From contig NC_135888.1 in the NCBI RefSeq assembly GCF_964194155.1, positions 15,128,001 to 15,192,000 on the forward strand: 64,000 nucleotides of DNA. Reading direction: 5' to 3'. Source of the DNA: Cetorhinus maximus (lineage: Eukaryota). This document shows positions 24,960 through 38,366 of the stretch, piece by piece. Numbering within the stretch: position 1 is the first letter of the stretch; every line of letters begins with the position of its first letter. The notes under the pieces were generated by a model. The model saw only the letters and a program-made list of their open reading frames with translations. It was not told where the DNA came from and searched no databases. The position numbers were made by a program, and so were the translations under genes.

Positions 24960-25380
24960 CTCACAGTCATGGGTGCCCATCACCCCCTTTTCTTCACAAC
25001 TGTTCCCCAGTGCCTCAAATTTCCATCCTCATATTAAAATTACTCCATTGTCTCAGCTTTCCCTAGTTCTGTAACCTCTTCCAGCTCTATAATTGCCAAA
25101 GTTCTACCCCAAATTCTCCATTCTTCTGTCTCTGACCTCTTGTGAATTTTTCCCTCTCTTTTTGCTACCATTGTCAGCCATGCCTTCAGCTCTCTATGTT
25201 TCAATCTCTGGAATTTCCTCCTTAAACGTCCTCTGCCTCTCTATTCCCTATTCTTCTTTAAGATCTTTAATAAAAGCCTCCTCTGCAACCAAGCTTTTGG
25301 TTACTGCTCCAAATGTCTCCTTTATCCTTGGGCCTCTGAAGAGTTTTGGAATGTTTTTCTGCATTAAAGGCTATATAAAA
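24960..25380 (+). mobile_element. L2 3' fragment
   Basis: degraded match to the 3' end of other L2 copies (ctctggaatt...accaagcttttgg). Confidence 0.5.
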
Positions 25381-26228
25381 CTTATAAGAATGACAAGCTC
25401 AAAAACAGTCTCACAGGCCTATGGTAAAGCAATTTCAATTGTTTATTTTTACATTTAAAAATTTTTTACCTATCTCTTTCCCGTATACTAATTCTGGTTC
25501 TGGCTGGCTGCGAAGTCATGCGCAAAGACACGTGCAGTAATGGACCTCCTGAGGGCCATAAGTAAGTGAAGTGGGCAGAAAGTGACCATGTTATGACTGC
25601 CACTAGTTAAAATCTGGTGAGGGGGTGACAATTATGATCCTGGGCTAGTAGTCAGGAGATCATAAATTCAACTCTTAACAGGCAGTTGTGAAATTGGTCA
25701 TTAATGAGCTCAAACAAGAATAAGTGACCATGAAAGCTGGATTGTCATAAAACCTATCTGATTCACTGATGTCTTTCAAGGAAGGGCATCTGCCACCCAG
25801 TCTGGCCTACACATAATGGTGTACACTGTAGTTGATCCCTCTAAAGTGACTTAATAAACGGTAAAATTCAAGGCAAGAAGTTTTAAGAAAACATACATCA
25901 TGTTGCCCATGTCCTGAACAAAATTGATTCTGAATTCGAACAATGGTTGTAAGACTAATGCAAGCTGGCTTTTGTGTGCAAATGAATCTAAAATATGTTT
26001 TGTTTCTAAACACTACATTACACAAATTATAGTTTTATTTTTTCAACATTTTTTAAGAATTTACTGACCAATAAAATATTTTTACAACGTAATGGTCATT
26101 TCTGGTGCAATCCAGCTTAACTGATGTTAGACCCCCCCATTTATGGGTTCAGTAAAAATGTGTCACATTTCCATTATGCTTCATACATTGTTCTCTCTTT
26201 CTTTCTTGCTCTCTCTGCATCCTCTCAG

Positions 26229-26378
26229 GGTCACCCTCCATTGGTGAAGATCCTAGCAAAGTTCTTTGGGAAATTACTGGGACAAGACATTGATCCATTC
26301 ACTGAGGTGCTGGTGACGGTTGGAGCATATGAGGCCCTGTTCTGTTTCTTCCAGGCACTAATTGATGATGAAGATGAA
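26229..26378 (+). CDS. KYAT1: KYAT1 coding exon 3
   Basis: GHPPLVKILAKFFGKLLGQDIDPFTEVLVTVGAYEALFCFFQALIDDEDE; 150 nt, ctctcag / gtaggt. Confidence 0.96.
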
Positions 26379-26704
26379 GTAGGTGGAAATTGTCAATGTC
26401 CCAGAAAAGTTAGACTCATTAGAGCAAAGCAGAGTGGTATTGATAGTATTAACTTTTATAGAGATTTTCATGACTGTTCAACCGTTTCTAAGTTGGCACT
26501 CCAAGCTTTTAAATTAAACTTTCCTAATTATTGGATTGTACTTGAGCCCAATTTCATTTATTATGTATGCATGTGTTTAATGAAGGCTGCTTTAATTTGT
26601 CCAAAACTATTTTTTGATCTCCTGGAAAAATTGCGTAGTGTGTGATCCGTGTGCATTTTTCTTTTAAAAATCAAATATTTTTGTTTTAAATTAGTATGAT
26701 TAAC

Positions 26705-27010
26705 AGGAGGTCTTGTGACATCGTGAATAGTGTCCCTACTTCTGAGCCAGAAGCTCCGGGTTCGAGTCCTGTGGCCATCAAGTTCTGGAGTGGAAGATGG
26801 GTTTATAATGTGGCCAAACAGGTTGATTGCCAACCTACAAATACTTCCAATAGGCCTATGGCAGGCAGTAAGAGTGGGAAAGTCTCCTGGTCAGCCAGAA
26901 CCTGCAGAAGACAACAGCAAATCACTGCAGTACTTTGCCAAGCATAACCATGGACCAACACATGAAAGTTCATGGTCACTAATGCCCTCTTAGGACATGG
27001 TACCTGAAGA
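26705..27010 (+). mobile_element. tRNA-derived SINE (second family)
   Basis: B-box gggttcgagtcc; tail shared with 350-460. Confidence 0.6.
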
Positions 27011-27894
27011 GAGAAAATGTGTGATTAACATCATGGAGAGTCCCTACTTGCAGGGGCTTACAGAGCCTGATCCTGTGAGGAAACAAAAGATGGTTTTACA
27101 TTCTATCAATTCAATAAAGTTTCCTTTCTTTAGCTGCACCTCATGGCTTCACAAACCCAGCTTCTAGTAAAGAAGCAACTGAGATAAGTGCACTGTCCAT
27201 TATTACTAGAAGTGATAGAGAGACACGCAGCTGAAACTTCTCATGTCAATTTACTTGGTTCATTATCTCCTCGATCCTGAGGATATTTTCAAACAAGCTC
27301 TTTTTTTATGGTGGAACTTTGTGGTGTTTAACACAACTCGCACCTCGCTTCTGACCCTCAACATCTCCTATAGTTGGTCATGTTTATCTGTGGGAAAATG
27401 AGCTTGCATTTCAGATAATAAATGAACAAAGTCATTATCTTCTTGCAACACTTGTATCCACCCAATGTAGCTTAACAATATTGATTGCTTGTATATTTTA
27501 TACCATGGACTACTTTGTTCAGCTTGTTAGCTCTTACAATTTATTTTTGCTCATTTTTTTAATAATTCTTAACTACCTATAAAAGTAAAGCTGAATCACC
27601 CAATGCAGAAAAAAATAAAACATTCACAACACCACAGCTAATGGGTAAAATTGAATGACCAATCTCTAATGAAAATCACCCCTCTCCGCTCCTTTGGTGG
27701 CTCAGCCAGTAAATTGGAAGTGTAACTCAGCCATACAGACTAGAAGGTACCAGATTTGATTTCTAATCTGTGCTAAGTGGGCTGTTCTTAGCATCATGCT
27801 GGGTGGCAGCAGCATGCCTAGTTAGGAAAGGCGGGGGGGGGGGAATCCGGGATTCCCACCCTTGATTGAAACTACTTTCTCTGCTCCAAAACAG

Positions 27895-27981
27895 GTGATT
27901 ATTATTGAACCTTATTTTGACTGTTATGAACCAATGGTGCGAATGGCAGGTGGTCAGCCAGTGTTTATCCTGTTGCATCCG
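27895..27981 (+). CDS. KYAT1: KYAT1 coding exon 4
   Basis: [29 protein letters not shown]; aacag / gtgagt. Confidence 0.96.
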
Positions 27982-28946
27982 GTGAGTCTGTGCAGCCAAA
28001 TCAAACTGATGGCAAACTGCTGATCTGTTTAGCTTAATGATTAGAATGATAGTACAGTTCACGCTTCTCCTAGTACATTTAAGTTTTCATTTCTAGCTTT
28101 GAGTAAAAAGAGCACCAAGTTGAATAAACCATGTCTGATATTCTCCACTCAGTGAAGGAACACTCAAAAAACTTTGAAGAATTCTGGAAAAAAGATATAT
28201 AATTAAATTAAGCAAGTATAGAACACTGTGATTCTAAAATCCACGGTGGCAAATGTTTTTTTTCTGATACTAGCCAGGAATGTACGCAAAAGCTGACCTT
28301 GTACACTAGTGAGGGCATGGCACAAGCTTCTGGTCGAACATTGATGTTCTCAAATTGCTACCTTTGAGATAAGATAAAAAACTTGGATTTTTACATGAGA
28401 TAAGACCCTGCAGTTCTTCAAGTTGGGGTAAGAAATCTAGACTCCCACAGTATGATTTTTGCCCTTAGCACTGACTGACCATACTCAGACAATTTTGTGA
28501 GAAGATCCATCAGGCTATAGAAATAACAGTTAACAGTTTAATTAGAGAGCTAGTTTCTCAGAAATTTTCAGTGTGACTTTGCTAAGGGTTATATTTAGTT
28601 CAGAGTCTGCACTCAGGACACTGCCTAAATATTCTTGAGATTGTCTCCAAATCGCCACACAATTGTAAATTTATTGTCTGAAAGACTATTTAAGACTTAT
28701 GCTATTATAGCAATAAATATTGTGAATTATGTCCATAAACAGAATGCTATTTCAATTTATAATATGCTCATTTGTCTTTTGCTTACCTCGAGTAATCTCT
28801 TTCCTGAGCAGCTCAAACAGCAAGTATAGGAGTTAAATATTGAAATGTGCAAATAAGGAGGGTGGGGCTGGAAGGGATTCCTGTTGACTGGACAATGCAG
28901 AAGTACTCTCTACAGATTACAAAGTTAAAACCTATTGTTCTTTCAG

Positions 28947-29072
28947 AAACCAGTATGTGGAAAGTTGATGACCAGTGCTGACTGGGTATTGGATCCTGCT
29001 GAACTAGCAAGTAAATTCAGCAAACGTACTAAAGCAATCGTCATTAACACTCCAAACAACCCTCTTGGCAAG
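28947..29072 (+). CDS. KYAT1: KYAT1 coding exon 5
   Basis: KPVCGKLMTSADWVLDPAELASKFSKRTKAIVINTPNNPLGK (class I aminotransferase NTPNNP motif); tttcag / gtaaga. Confidence 0.96.
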
Positions 29073-30617
29073 GTAAGATTGAAGAGGATTTGTGCAATTT
29101 ATGCCAGTTTATGGCAGCTGCAGGTGATTAAGGGTTGGTGTTGTGGATTCAAGTCCTAATCTTAAAATACACCTGCTCCATGCACGGAAGAGTTGTTTCG
29201 TTCTTCACTAGAGCACTATCAGCACCCTTAGGGATAGAGTATCGCACCTCCATTTTTTTTTCTTCATTAGCTCCATGTCAGATGTAGACATCTATTTGAT
29301 CGATTGTTGACATTAGAAGAAGTTTAGTTGGAAATCCTGTTAATATAATCAATGTAGGGGAATTATTGATAATCTATTGCTAAATGTCATAGTCTTGAAA
29401 CATTTAATACATATAAACTATTAAGATATTCTCCTGTGGAACTGTATATAGACAATACCGAATGCTGTATTTGGGTCAAGCAGGGTTAAAGGGTGATGGA
29501 TAATTTGACCAAGGTGAGCAGGAGAAAGAAACCGATCAGGAAGGAGAGGCGGTTGAGCTGTTGCCTGACAAATATGGCAAAATTTCCCAGATGCTACTTG
29601 GAAGGATCCGGGTGCAAAGATACTCAAGGCAGTTGTGGCATTGACTGGTACAGACATTTTAGTTCTTCTGGTGGAAGTGGGCTGCGGGTCTTCAGAAAGC
29701 ATTGAAATATCTTCCCAGGTGCTTGCAGGGAAAGTGCAGTTTTGTGTCATGGTGCTATACAGACAACTCTTAGATGATCTTGGTCTGCATATTCTGTCGA
29801 ATGAGTACCTATAGGTAACAAACATCTTCTGTAATGTCTAAATCTAACTACTTATTTAGCCTTGTCCTCTTCAAAACATAGAAATAGAGGGATTTTCATT
29901 GAGAAATCCATTGCTAGAGTCCAACAGCACTTTTTGCCAAGCTGACTAAATATGGCAAGGAAACTATCTAAAATCAATTTATAGATAAAGAACAATTAAC
30001 CTTTTCCTCCATCAAATAAAATGCCATCCTTATTGCAGTATCCATCTCGGGGGCAGTGCTATGCTACTTATAGTGCTAATGGTATAGTGACTATTTTATT
30101 TAGGATCAAGTTTGGGCTGGAATTTGGGGGAAATGCAGAGGGAACATTGGCCGTGCCTACCTGATTCTATTTTAAGTATGTAGGATAGGCTGCAAGCAGA
30201 TAGTAAAGGAGAATGGTAGATTTTGGGGAGGAAAGTTCCAGTGCAGAAATTGAGGTGGCAGGCTTTACCTCCCCATTTTATTCTGTTTAATACTCTTAAT
30301 TTGCTCAAAATTGGCTGGCTCTTCAAAGGAAAATCCAAACCATAAACTCAGTCTTGTTAGTAGCTGGGTGTTTCTGCAGTTAGCTGAAACATTAGCAAAA
30401 CCTCTATCACAGCACCACCTACAGGTATTATCAGAACATTTTAATGAATTTTTTTTCATATAAATTCCCTGGCTCTGATTTTCCCCTGAAGCCACTGGGC
30501 AACCCTAAATGGCATCTGCACAAATCATTGCAGATGTGGTACTTCATACACAAATATAAAATTAAAAGTTCTCTGGGGTGCATGACTGTGGTCACCCAGA
30601 ACAGAACATGGAACATA

Positions 30618-31013
30618 TGAAAACAGAAAATGCTGGAAAAATTCAGCAGGTCTGGCAGCATCTGTGGAGAGAGAAACAGATTTAACGTTTTAAGTCCATA
30701 TGACTCTTCAGAACTAAAGAGAAGTAGAAATGTAATGGTTTTATACTGTTTAAGAGGGGGGTGGAGCAAAATAGAAGGTCAGGGATAGGTGGGAGCTCAG
30801 GAGAGATTGACAAAGATGTCATGGACACAAGACTGAAGGAGTGTAAAGGGTAGTGATAAAGACTAAAGAAGGTGCTGATAATGATAGTTGTTCTTTCACA
30901 GTGTGCTGACCCTTGATCTGCTATTATCACATTCTGCTATCTTTTATGCCTCTATCAGCACCTCCTTTAGTCTTTAGCAGTGTCATTAACAATCTCTTTG
31001 TCTTGTGTCCATG
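30618..31013 (-). mobile_element. Penelope-like terminal repeat with an inverted segment
   Basis: same end as 31220 and 61808; 30950-31013 is the reverse complement of 30820-30882. Confidence 0.7.
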
Positions 31014-31219
31014 TGTCAGGAAGATATAATAATTGTCATATTATTGGAATTTATTGTAAAATAGAGTAATAGTGGGATGTGTCTGTGTGTGTGTTTGTGT
31101 GTGTGTGTGCGTCTTAGACTTAATTGAATTAGAGGCTGCTAGTCTGGGTGCTTTGATGTAAAAAGAGAAGTTAGGTTTGAGATGTTAATTAGATGAACAT
31201 GGGGAAGTTTAGAAACATA

Positions 31220-31940
31220 GAACAAAAACAGAAAATGCTGGAAAAACTCAGCAGGTCCAACAGCACCTGTGGAGAGAAAAACAGAGTTAACATTTTGAGT
31301 CCGTATGACTCTTCTTCAGAGCTAAAGAGAAGTAAAAATGTGATGAAATTTATGCTGTTTTAAGGGGGTGGAGCAGGTGAAGCTGGATAGAAGGCCAGTG
31401 AGAGGTGGAGGCAAAGGAGAGATCGCCAAAGATGTCATAAACAAAAGGACAAAGGGGTGTTAATGGTAGCGGTAGTGGCTAAAGGAGGTGCTGATGGCGA
31501 CATTAAGGGCAGAAAGCAGAATGTGATAAGAGCAGGACAAGGGTAAGCACTCTGGAAAGAACAACATGAGCAAGTGACAGATGGCCTTGTGGGGGTGAGG
31601 TGGGGGAGGAGGGGACGGTGGTGGGAAAAAAGATTGAAAATAGGATGAAAGCTGGGGATAAAACAATGAATAAAAATGAAAATAAAATGAAAAAAAATAA
31701 AAATGATAAAATGAAACTGAATATTGAAAAACGGGAATAAAAAAGGGGTGAGGATGGAGGAGAGAGTTCATGGTCTGAAGTTGTTGAACTCAATGTTAAG
31801 TCCAGAAGGCTGTAATGTGCCTAGTCAGAAAATGAGGTGCTGTTCCTCCAGTTTGCGTTGGGCTTCACTGGAACATTGCAGCAGGCCAAGGACGGACATG
31901 TGGGCATGAGAGCAGGATGGTGTGTTGAAGTGGCAAGCTC
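31220..31940 (-). mobile_element. Penelope-like element (GIY-YIG C-terminus plus terminal repeat)
   Basis: ACHFNTPSCSHAHMSVLGLLQCSSEAQRKLEEQHLIF in ORF 31825..32112. Confidence 0.8.
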
Positions 31941-32169
31941 TACTTGTGGGCCAAAATTCACCACCTGTGCTACCTCCCAGCCCACCAAGCTTATCTGTTT
32001 CTCTACATGCGATCAGAACATCTTCCCTCACCCAGACTTCAGGGTTTCTCCACAAAAGCTCCCTTCCCTCCCACTCATGAAACTTGCTCCAGCAAATTTT
32101 GGGGCCTTTCATTGAAACAGTGCTTCAGATAGGCAGGCTGAGTGTTTTTAATTACATACAATTCGGTGA

Positions 32170-33212
32170 CTTTTTTTTATTCGTTCAGGGGATGTGGGCT
32201 TTGCTGGCTGGGCCTGCATTTATTGCCCATCCCCAGTTACCCTTGAGAAGGTGGTGATGAGCTGCCTTCTTGAACCACTGTAGTCCATTTGGTGTAGGTA
32301 CACCCACAGTGCTGTTAGGAAGGGAGTTCCAGGATTTTGACCCAGCGACATTGAAGGAACAGCGATATATTTCCAAGTCAGGATGGTGAGTGTTCCCATC
32401 TATCTGCTACCCTTGTCCTTCTAGATGTTAGTGGGTTAGTGGTCGTGGGTTTGGAAGGTGCTGTCTAAGGAGCCTCGGTGAATTCCTGCAGTGCATCTTG
32501 TAGATGGTACACACTGCTGCTACTGTGCATCGGTGGTGGAGGGAATGAATGTTTGTGGATGTGGTGCCAATTAAGCGGGCTGCTTTGTCCTGGATGTTGT
32601 CAAGCTTCTTGAGTGTTGTGGGAGCTGCATTCATCCAGACAAGTGGGGGGAGTATTCCATCACACTCCTGACTTGTGCCTTGTAGATGGTGGACAGGCTT
32701 TGGGGAGTCAGGAGGTGAGTTACTCGTAGCAGGATTCCTAATGCCTCACCTGCCCTTGTAGCCACAGTATTTATGTGGCTAGTCCAGTTCAGTTTCTGAT
32801 CAATGATAACTCCCAGGATGTTAATAGTGGGGGATTCAGTGATGGTAATACCATTGAACATCAAGGGACGATGGTTAGATTCTCTCTTGTTGGAGATGCT
32901 CATTGCCTGGCACTTGTGCGGCACGAATGTTACTTGCCACTTGTCAGCCCAAGCCTGAATATTGCCCAGATCTTGCTGCATTTGGCATGGTCTGCTTCAG
33001 TATCTGAGGAGTTGCAGATGGTGCTGAACATTGTGCAATCATCACCGAACATCCCCATATCTGATCTTATGATGGAAGGAAGGTCATTGATGAAGCAGCT
33101 GACAATGGATGGGCCTAGGACACTACCCTGGAGAACTCCTGTAGTGATGTCCTGGAGCTGAGATGACTGACCTCCAGCAACCACAACCATCTTCCTTTGT
33201 GCTAGGTATGAC
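32170..33212 (-). mobile_element. HER1-like LINE with RT motifs
   Basis: TGVLQGSVLGP, MFGDDCT, QQDLGNIQAWADKWQVTF in minus-strand ORFs; same 3' tail as 5710-6526. Confidence 0.88.
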
Positions 33213-33522
33213 TATTACAGAACTGGTTAAATATAATGGTTATACTGGTTAAATATACCTTTAGACTGTTATTTTTACAAATGGCCCACAAATCATGACC
33301 ACAATGGTGAATTTTGTGGAACAGAATCCTTAAATCGGAATATTGCATTGTTAAAATAAAAGTGTTCCTGTCTAATCTATGTTAAAAGTTTAATTTAGTT
33401 CTCATTAGTCTGCAATAGACTGTTGGGCTGATTTTCGGATGAAGGCTCACTAGCTAAAGAGTTCCCATCTGCCCTGTTCCAATGGTTCAGGTGGATATTA
33501 GGGACTAGCTCCATGGTACTTG

Positions 33523-34168
33523 TTTTTTTAAATTCATTCACAGGATGCAGGCGTCGCTGGCTGGGCCAGCATTTATTGCCCAAACCTAGTTGCCCTTGAG
33601 AAGGTGATGGTGAGTTACCTTCTTGAACTGCTGCAGTCCATGTGATGGAGGTACCCCCATAGTGCTGTTAGGAATGGAATTCCAGGATTTTGACCCAGCA
33701 ACAGTGAAGGAACGGCAATATATTTCCAAGTCAGGATGGTGAGTGACTTGGAGGGGAACTTCCAAGTGGTGGTGTTCCCATCTATCTGCTGCCCTTGTCC
33801 TTCTAGATGGTAGTGGTTATGGGTTTGGAAGGTGCTGCTGAAGAAGCCTTGGTGAATTCCTGCAGTGCATCTTGTAGATGGTACATGCTGCTGCTGCTGT
33901 GTGTCCATGGTGGAGGGAGTGAATGTTTGTGGATGTGGTGCCAATCAAGCGGGCTGCTTTGTCCTGTATGGTGTCAAACTTCTTGAGTGTTGTGGGAGCT
34001 GCACTCATCCAGACAAGTGGGGAGTATTCCATCACACTCCTGACTTGTGCCTTGTAGATGGTGGACAGGCTTTGGGGAGTCAGGAGGTGAGTTACTCATA
34101 GCAGGATTCCTAGTCTCCGACCTACTCTTGTAGTCACAGTATTTGTATGGCTAGCCTAGTTCGGTTTC
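33523..34168 (-). mobile_element. HER1-like LINE 3' fragment
   Basis: MEYSPLVWMSAAPTTLKKFDTIQDKAARLIG. Confidence 0.85.
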
Positions 34169-34239
34169 TACATCATAGATACCATAAGACCATAGTTTAC
34201 CTGGCATCCTGACCAACATTCTTTCTGCAGTGAACATTA

Positions 34240-35020
34240 CCATAAGAATATAAAAAATCCGAGCAGATGTAAGCCTTATGGCCTACGAGTCTGCTCTGAC
34301 AAATAAAATCATGGTTGATCTCCTATGTCAACTCCATTTCCCCACAGATCCTCGTATCCCTTGAGTCCCTTAGAGTCCAAAAATCTATTGAGATCTCTCT
34401 TGAATATAAGTATAGCAACTGAGCATCCGCAGCCCTTCGGGGTAGAGAATTCCAAAGATTCACAACTCTGAGTGAAAAGATTTGTCCTAACCTCAGTCCA
34501 AAATGTCTGATCCTCTATTGTGGGACTGACCCCTTCTAGACTTTCCAACCAATGGGAAACAGCCTCTCAGCATCTACCCTGTCAAGCCCTCTCAGAATAT
34601 TATGTTTCAATGAGATAACCACTCATATCCTCTAGAGTTTAGAAGAAAAAGCCTACTTTACTCAACCTCTGTGGGGGTTGGTTATCTTAGATGGCTAGAG
34701 TGTGGTGTAGGATGATGCCAACAACAACGGATTCAATCCCTAAACTACCTGTGGTAGGTCATGGAGGGCTGTCGCCTTGCCTTGCCCCATGCTTGATGTG
34801 GAGTGGCACTCCTCAAGCTATATAACCACTTGTCTCTTTCTAACAGAGAGGGATGCCTACGGTCCCTCGTGGACAATGGTTAATTACCCTACCTACTCAG
34901 CCTCTCATCATAGGACAATCCTCTCATCATAGAATAAATCTCGTGAATCTTTGCTGCCTCCCCTCTAAGGTAAGTATATCCTTCCTTAGGTATGGAAATT
35001 GAAGCTGCACACAGCACTCC
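34240..35020 (-). mobile_element. CR1 LINE 3' fragment interrupted by a SINE-like insert (about 34675-34890)
   Basis: LECCVQLQFPYLRKDILTLEGRQQRFTR; tactca.cctct appears on both sides of the insert. Confidence 0.65.
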
Positions 35021-35588
35021 AGGTAGTAGATTAACTGCTTATTCATTTCCTTACTGTTTGTGGGGTAAATGTTGTAGGGTAAATAGCAGCCATATTTAGT
35101 TTTAACACACACTATTTCAACAAGAAGTCATTCATTTTATGTAAAGTGCTTTGGGATGTCTTTGAAATATGATATGTTCTACAAATGCAAATTCTTTTTA
35201 ATTGTTCAGTCTAAAGGTGAAATCATTTTGTGTGTCTTTTTGTCACAAAATGCTAAAACCCCCAAAAAAACAATTTCTTTTCCTCCATGCAGCATAATAC
35301 ATCTGTTGCCTATGGATGGCCACACAATCATATCTATTTTAGCCAGGCATGCTCAGAATGAAGATTAAATGATGAGTGGAAGCAAAAATATACTCTGGCT
35401 TTGACTGACATTCCTATCTGATGAGCAGACAGTCATTTCTGTGACCTGACTGGAAAGGGGGGCCACAAGAAAGATGAAAGAAAGATTCATCTAGCGGGAT
35501 GTAGTACAAAGAGAGAAGGAAATTTAGGTTGGTTTCTTCTATTTCAAACATATTCCTTAACAGTTGCTCTTGTTTTACCCCAACTTAG

Positions 35589-35709
35589 GTTTTCAAACGT
35601 GAAGAGTTGCAGATGATCGCAGACCTGTGTGTGAAACACAATGTGCTGTGCATTAGTGATGAGGTGTATGAGTGGCTGGTGTATGATGCAAATGAGCATG
35701 TGCGAATTG
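35589..35709 (+). CDS. KYAT1: KYAT1 coding exon 6
   Basis: VFKREELQMIADLCVKHNVLCISDEVYEWLVYDANEHVRI (PLP-binding DEVY); cttag / gtaaga, phase 1. Confidence 0.96.
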
Positions 35710-35929
35710 GTAAGAAAGCATCATCTGTACATTCTTAGCTAAATGCATGTGACCATGAACAGTTCTAGAATGGGAGAACCTGATTTTAGCATCACCTTAA
35801 TTTATAATCTATCACGTATCCATGTTGCTTGCTTTAGTTTAGGAGATCAAAGCAGTGTTATTCACTGTCTTCCTGTAATTTCACAAGAAGAGCATAATTA
35901 GGTCATCTGTTTTCACTCCCCTTATGTGG

Positions 35930-36530
35930 AGGGTTAGCTTAGGCTGATGATACCCAGCTCTGTCTTTCTGCTACCACTTTGAACTCAGAAGTCTATGTAC
36001 TGTCGGATTGCTTGTCTGACACCAGTCCTGGATAAATGTTTTCAGCTCAACATTGGGAAAACTAAAGTCTTTTGCTCCTTCCACATATATCACACTCTTG
36101 CCACTGATTCCAGTGCCATCCCTGACCATTGTTTTAAGCTGAACTGGACTGTTGGCAACCTCAGCATTGGCTGACCTTGATCTGAGTGTCTGAGCCTATA
36201 TCCTTTCCATTACTTAGCCTACTTACTTGCACCTCCATAACATTGTCTGCTTCTGTCCTTAACTCAGCCCATCCACTGCTGAATTCTTTACAGATGGCTG
36301 CACCATCTCCAGGCTCAACTACTTCAAAGATTTCCTTGCTGGCCTCCAGTCTTCGACCCTTCATAAATTCCAACCTGTCAAAAATGTTTCTGTTGTTGAT
36401 ATCCCGTTTCACACCAAGTTCTGCTTACCTGTCACCCCATTTCCTGGCTTGTGTATATATTCTGCATCGACCTGCCTGTGAAATGCGTTGGGACATTTTT
36501 ATGTTAACAGTGTTGTATACTTGCAAGTTG
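35930..36530 (+). mobile_element. degraded L2 fragment
   Basis: gctgatgatacccagctct (ADDTQL) and cagctcaacattgggaaaactaaag (QLNIGKTK). Confidence 0.6.
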
Positions 36531-36564
36531 CTTGCTCTTATTATTGTTTTGACCTAACTTGAGC

Positions 36565-37970
36565 TAATGACTTTCATCGGAACTGGAAAAAGTGAGAGAT
36601 GTGTACTGGAATATAAGCAAATGAAAGGAAGGTGTGGGGGAGAAAGAACAAAAGGGAAAGTCTCTAATAGGATGGAAGATAGGATAGATTAAATGACAAA
36701 AGAGTTGGTGATGCAAGGCCAAAAGGAGTGATAATGGGGCAAGTAAAGAAACAAAAAATGTGCCCAGAGGAGATGTGAATGGCAGAATGATGAACAGCTG
36801 TTGTCCAAAAATAAAAACATGAATAAAACCAAAACCTACAAAGAAAAAGGAAACAAAATGGGGGAAGCTGTTATGGTCTGAAATTGTTGAATTCACTGTT
36901 GAGTCTGGAAGGCTGTAAAGTGCCTAATCGAAATATGAGGTGATATTCTTCAAACTTACATTGAGCTTCATTGGAACACGGCAGCAGGCGAAGATAGAGT
37001 GTTCAGCATGAGAGCAACTCAGAGAATTAAAATGGCAGATGATCAGAAACTCAGGGTCACGCTTGCAGACTGAGCAGAGGTGTTCCGCAAAGCGGTCCCT
37101 CAATTTGTATTTGGTGTCCCCAGAGTAGAGCAAACCCTATTGTGAAGAGTGAATAGAGTTGGTTAAACTGCAAAAAGTACACGTAAATTGCTGTTTCACA
37201 TGGAAGGAATGCCTGGTGCCTTGGTCAGTGAGGAGAGACAAGGTGAAAGGGCAGGTGTTGCATCTTGCATGGAAAGTGGGTGTTTGGGGTGACTGAGGAG
37301 TGGACCAGGGTGTCATAGAAGGAATGGTCCCTTCAGAATGCTGAAATGGGAGGAGAGGAGAAGATGTACCAGGTAGTGGTGTCATACTGGAGAAGATGCA
37401 AATGGTTGAGTATGATCCGTTGAACATGGAGGCTGGAGGGTGGAAGGTAAGGAGAAGGGGAACCCTATTATGGTTTAGGGAGGGAGGAGAAAAGATGAGA
37501 GCAGAAGTGCAGGAAATGGGATGGACATAGTCAAGGGTCCTGTCACCGCAGTTGTGGGGAATCCATGGTTGAGGAGGAAGATGTGCTGCTATGAAAGATT
37601 GCATCATCAGAGCAGATGTGATATCAATGAAGGAAACTGGGAGAATGGAGTCCTTACAGAGAGCAGGGTGTGAGGAAGTGCAGTTGACATACCTGTGGGA
37701 GTCAGTGGGCTTATAGTAAATCTTAGTGGATAGGCTGTCCCCAGAAATAGTAACAGAGAAGTTGAAGAAGGGAAGAATCAGAGAAGGACCCCACGAAGGT
37801 GAGAAAAGGGTGGAAATTGAAAGCAATGAAAATTTCCAGTTCAGGATGAGAGCAGGAAACAGCAGTAATTCAGTCATTTATGCACATACTGAAGAAAGAG
37901 GTGAGGGGGTGGGCCTGAGTAGGACTGGAACAAAAAATGTTCCACATGTCCCACAAAAAGGCATACATAG
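36565..37970 (-). mobile_element. Penelope-like element (RT C-terminus plus GIY-YIG), degraded
   Basis: IYYKPTDSHRYVNCTSSHP, RCNTCPF, YSGDTKYKLRDRFAEHL in minus-strand ORFs. Confidence 0.82.
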
Positions 37971-38366
37971 CTAGTGCAATGCAGGTTTCCCATAACAGAA
38001 CTTTTTATTTGGAGGAAGTGCATGGAGTTAAAGGAATAATTTATATAGTAAATAAATAATTTATATAGTAGTTTGATGCAATTATTACTCTTGTAGGTGA
38101 ATAGTAACAGATTTAACACCAGTTTTGCTTCAGTTGTATTTCTTGTGAGGTTCAACTTTGGGCATGGAGTCCTGCTAACAGTAATCACAGTTAGGAAAAT
38201 TAGGGCTACACAGTTATAGCCCTAGCTCCACTTCTAATGAGGCTCCACACCAGCGTGCAAAAGTTACTCTTATAGTGTCTTCTTTCACTCCCCATCTTCC
38301 CCATCCCTGACTGCCCCAACACAGACCCCTCTTGATCAGCTACTATTCATGTTTTCCTATTCCTAG

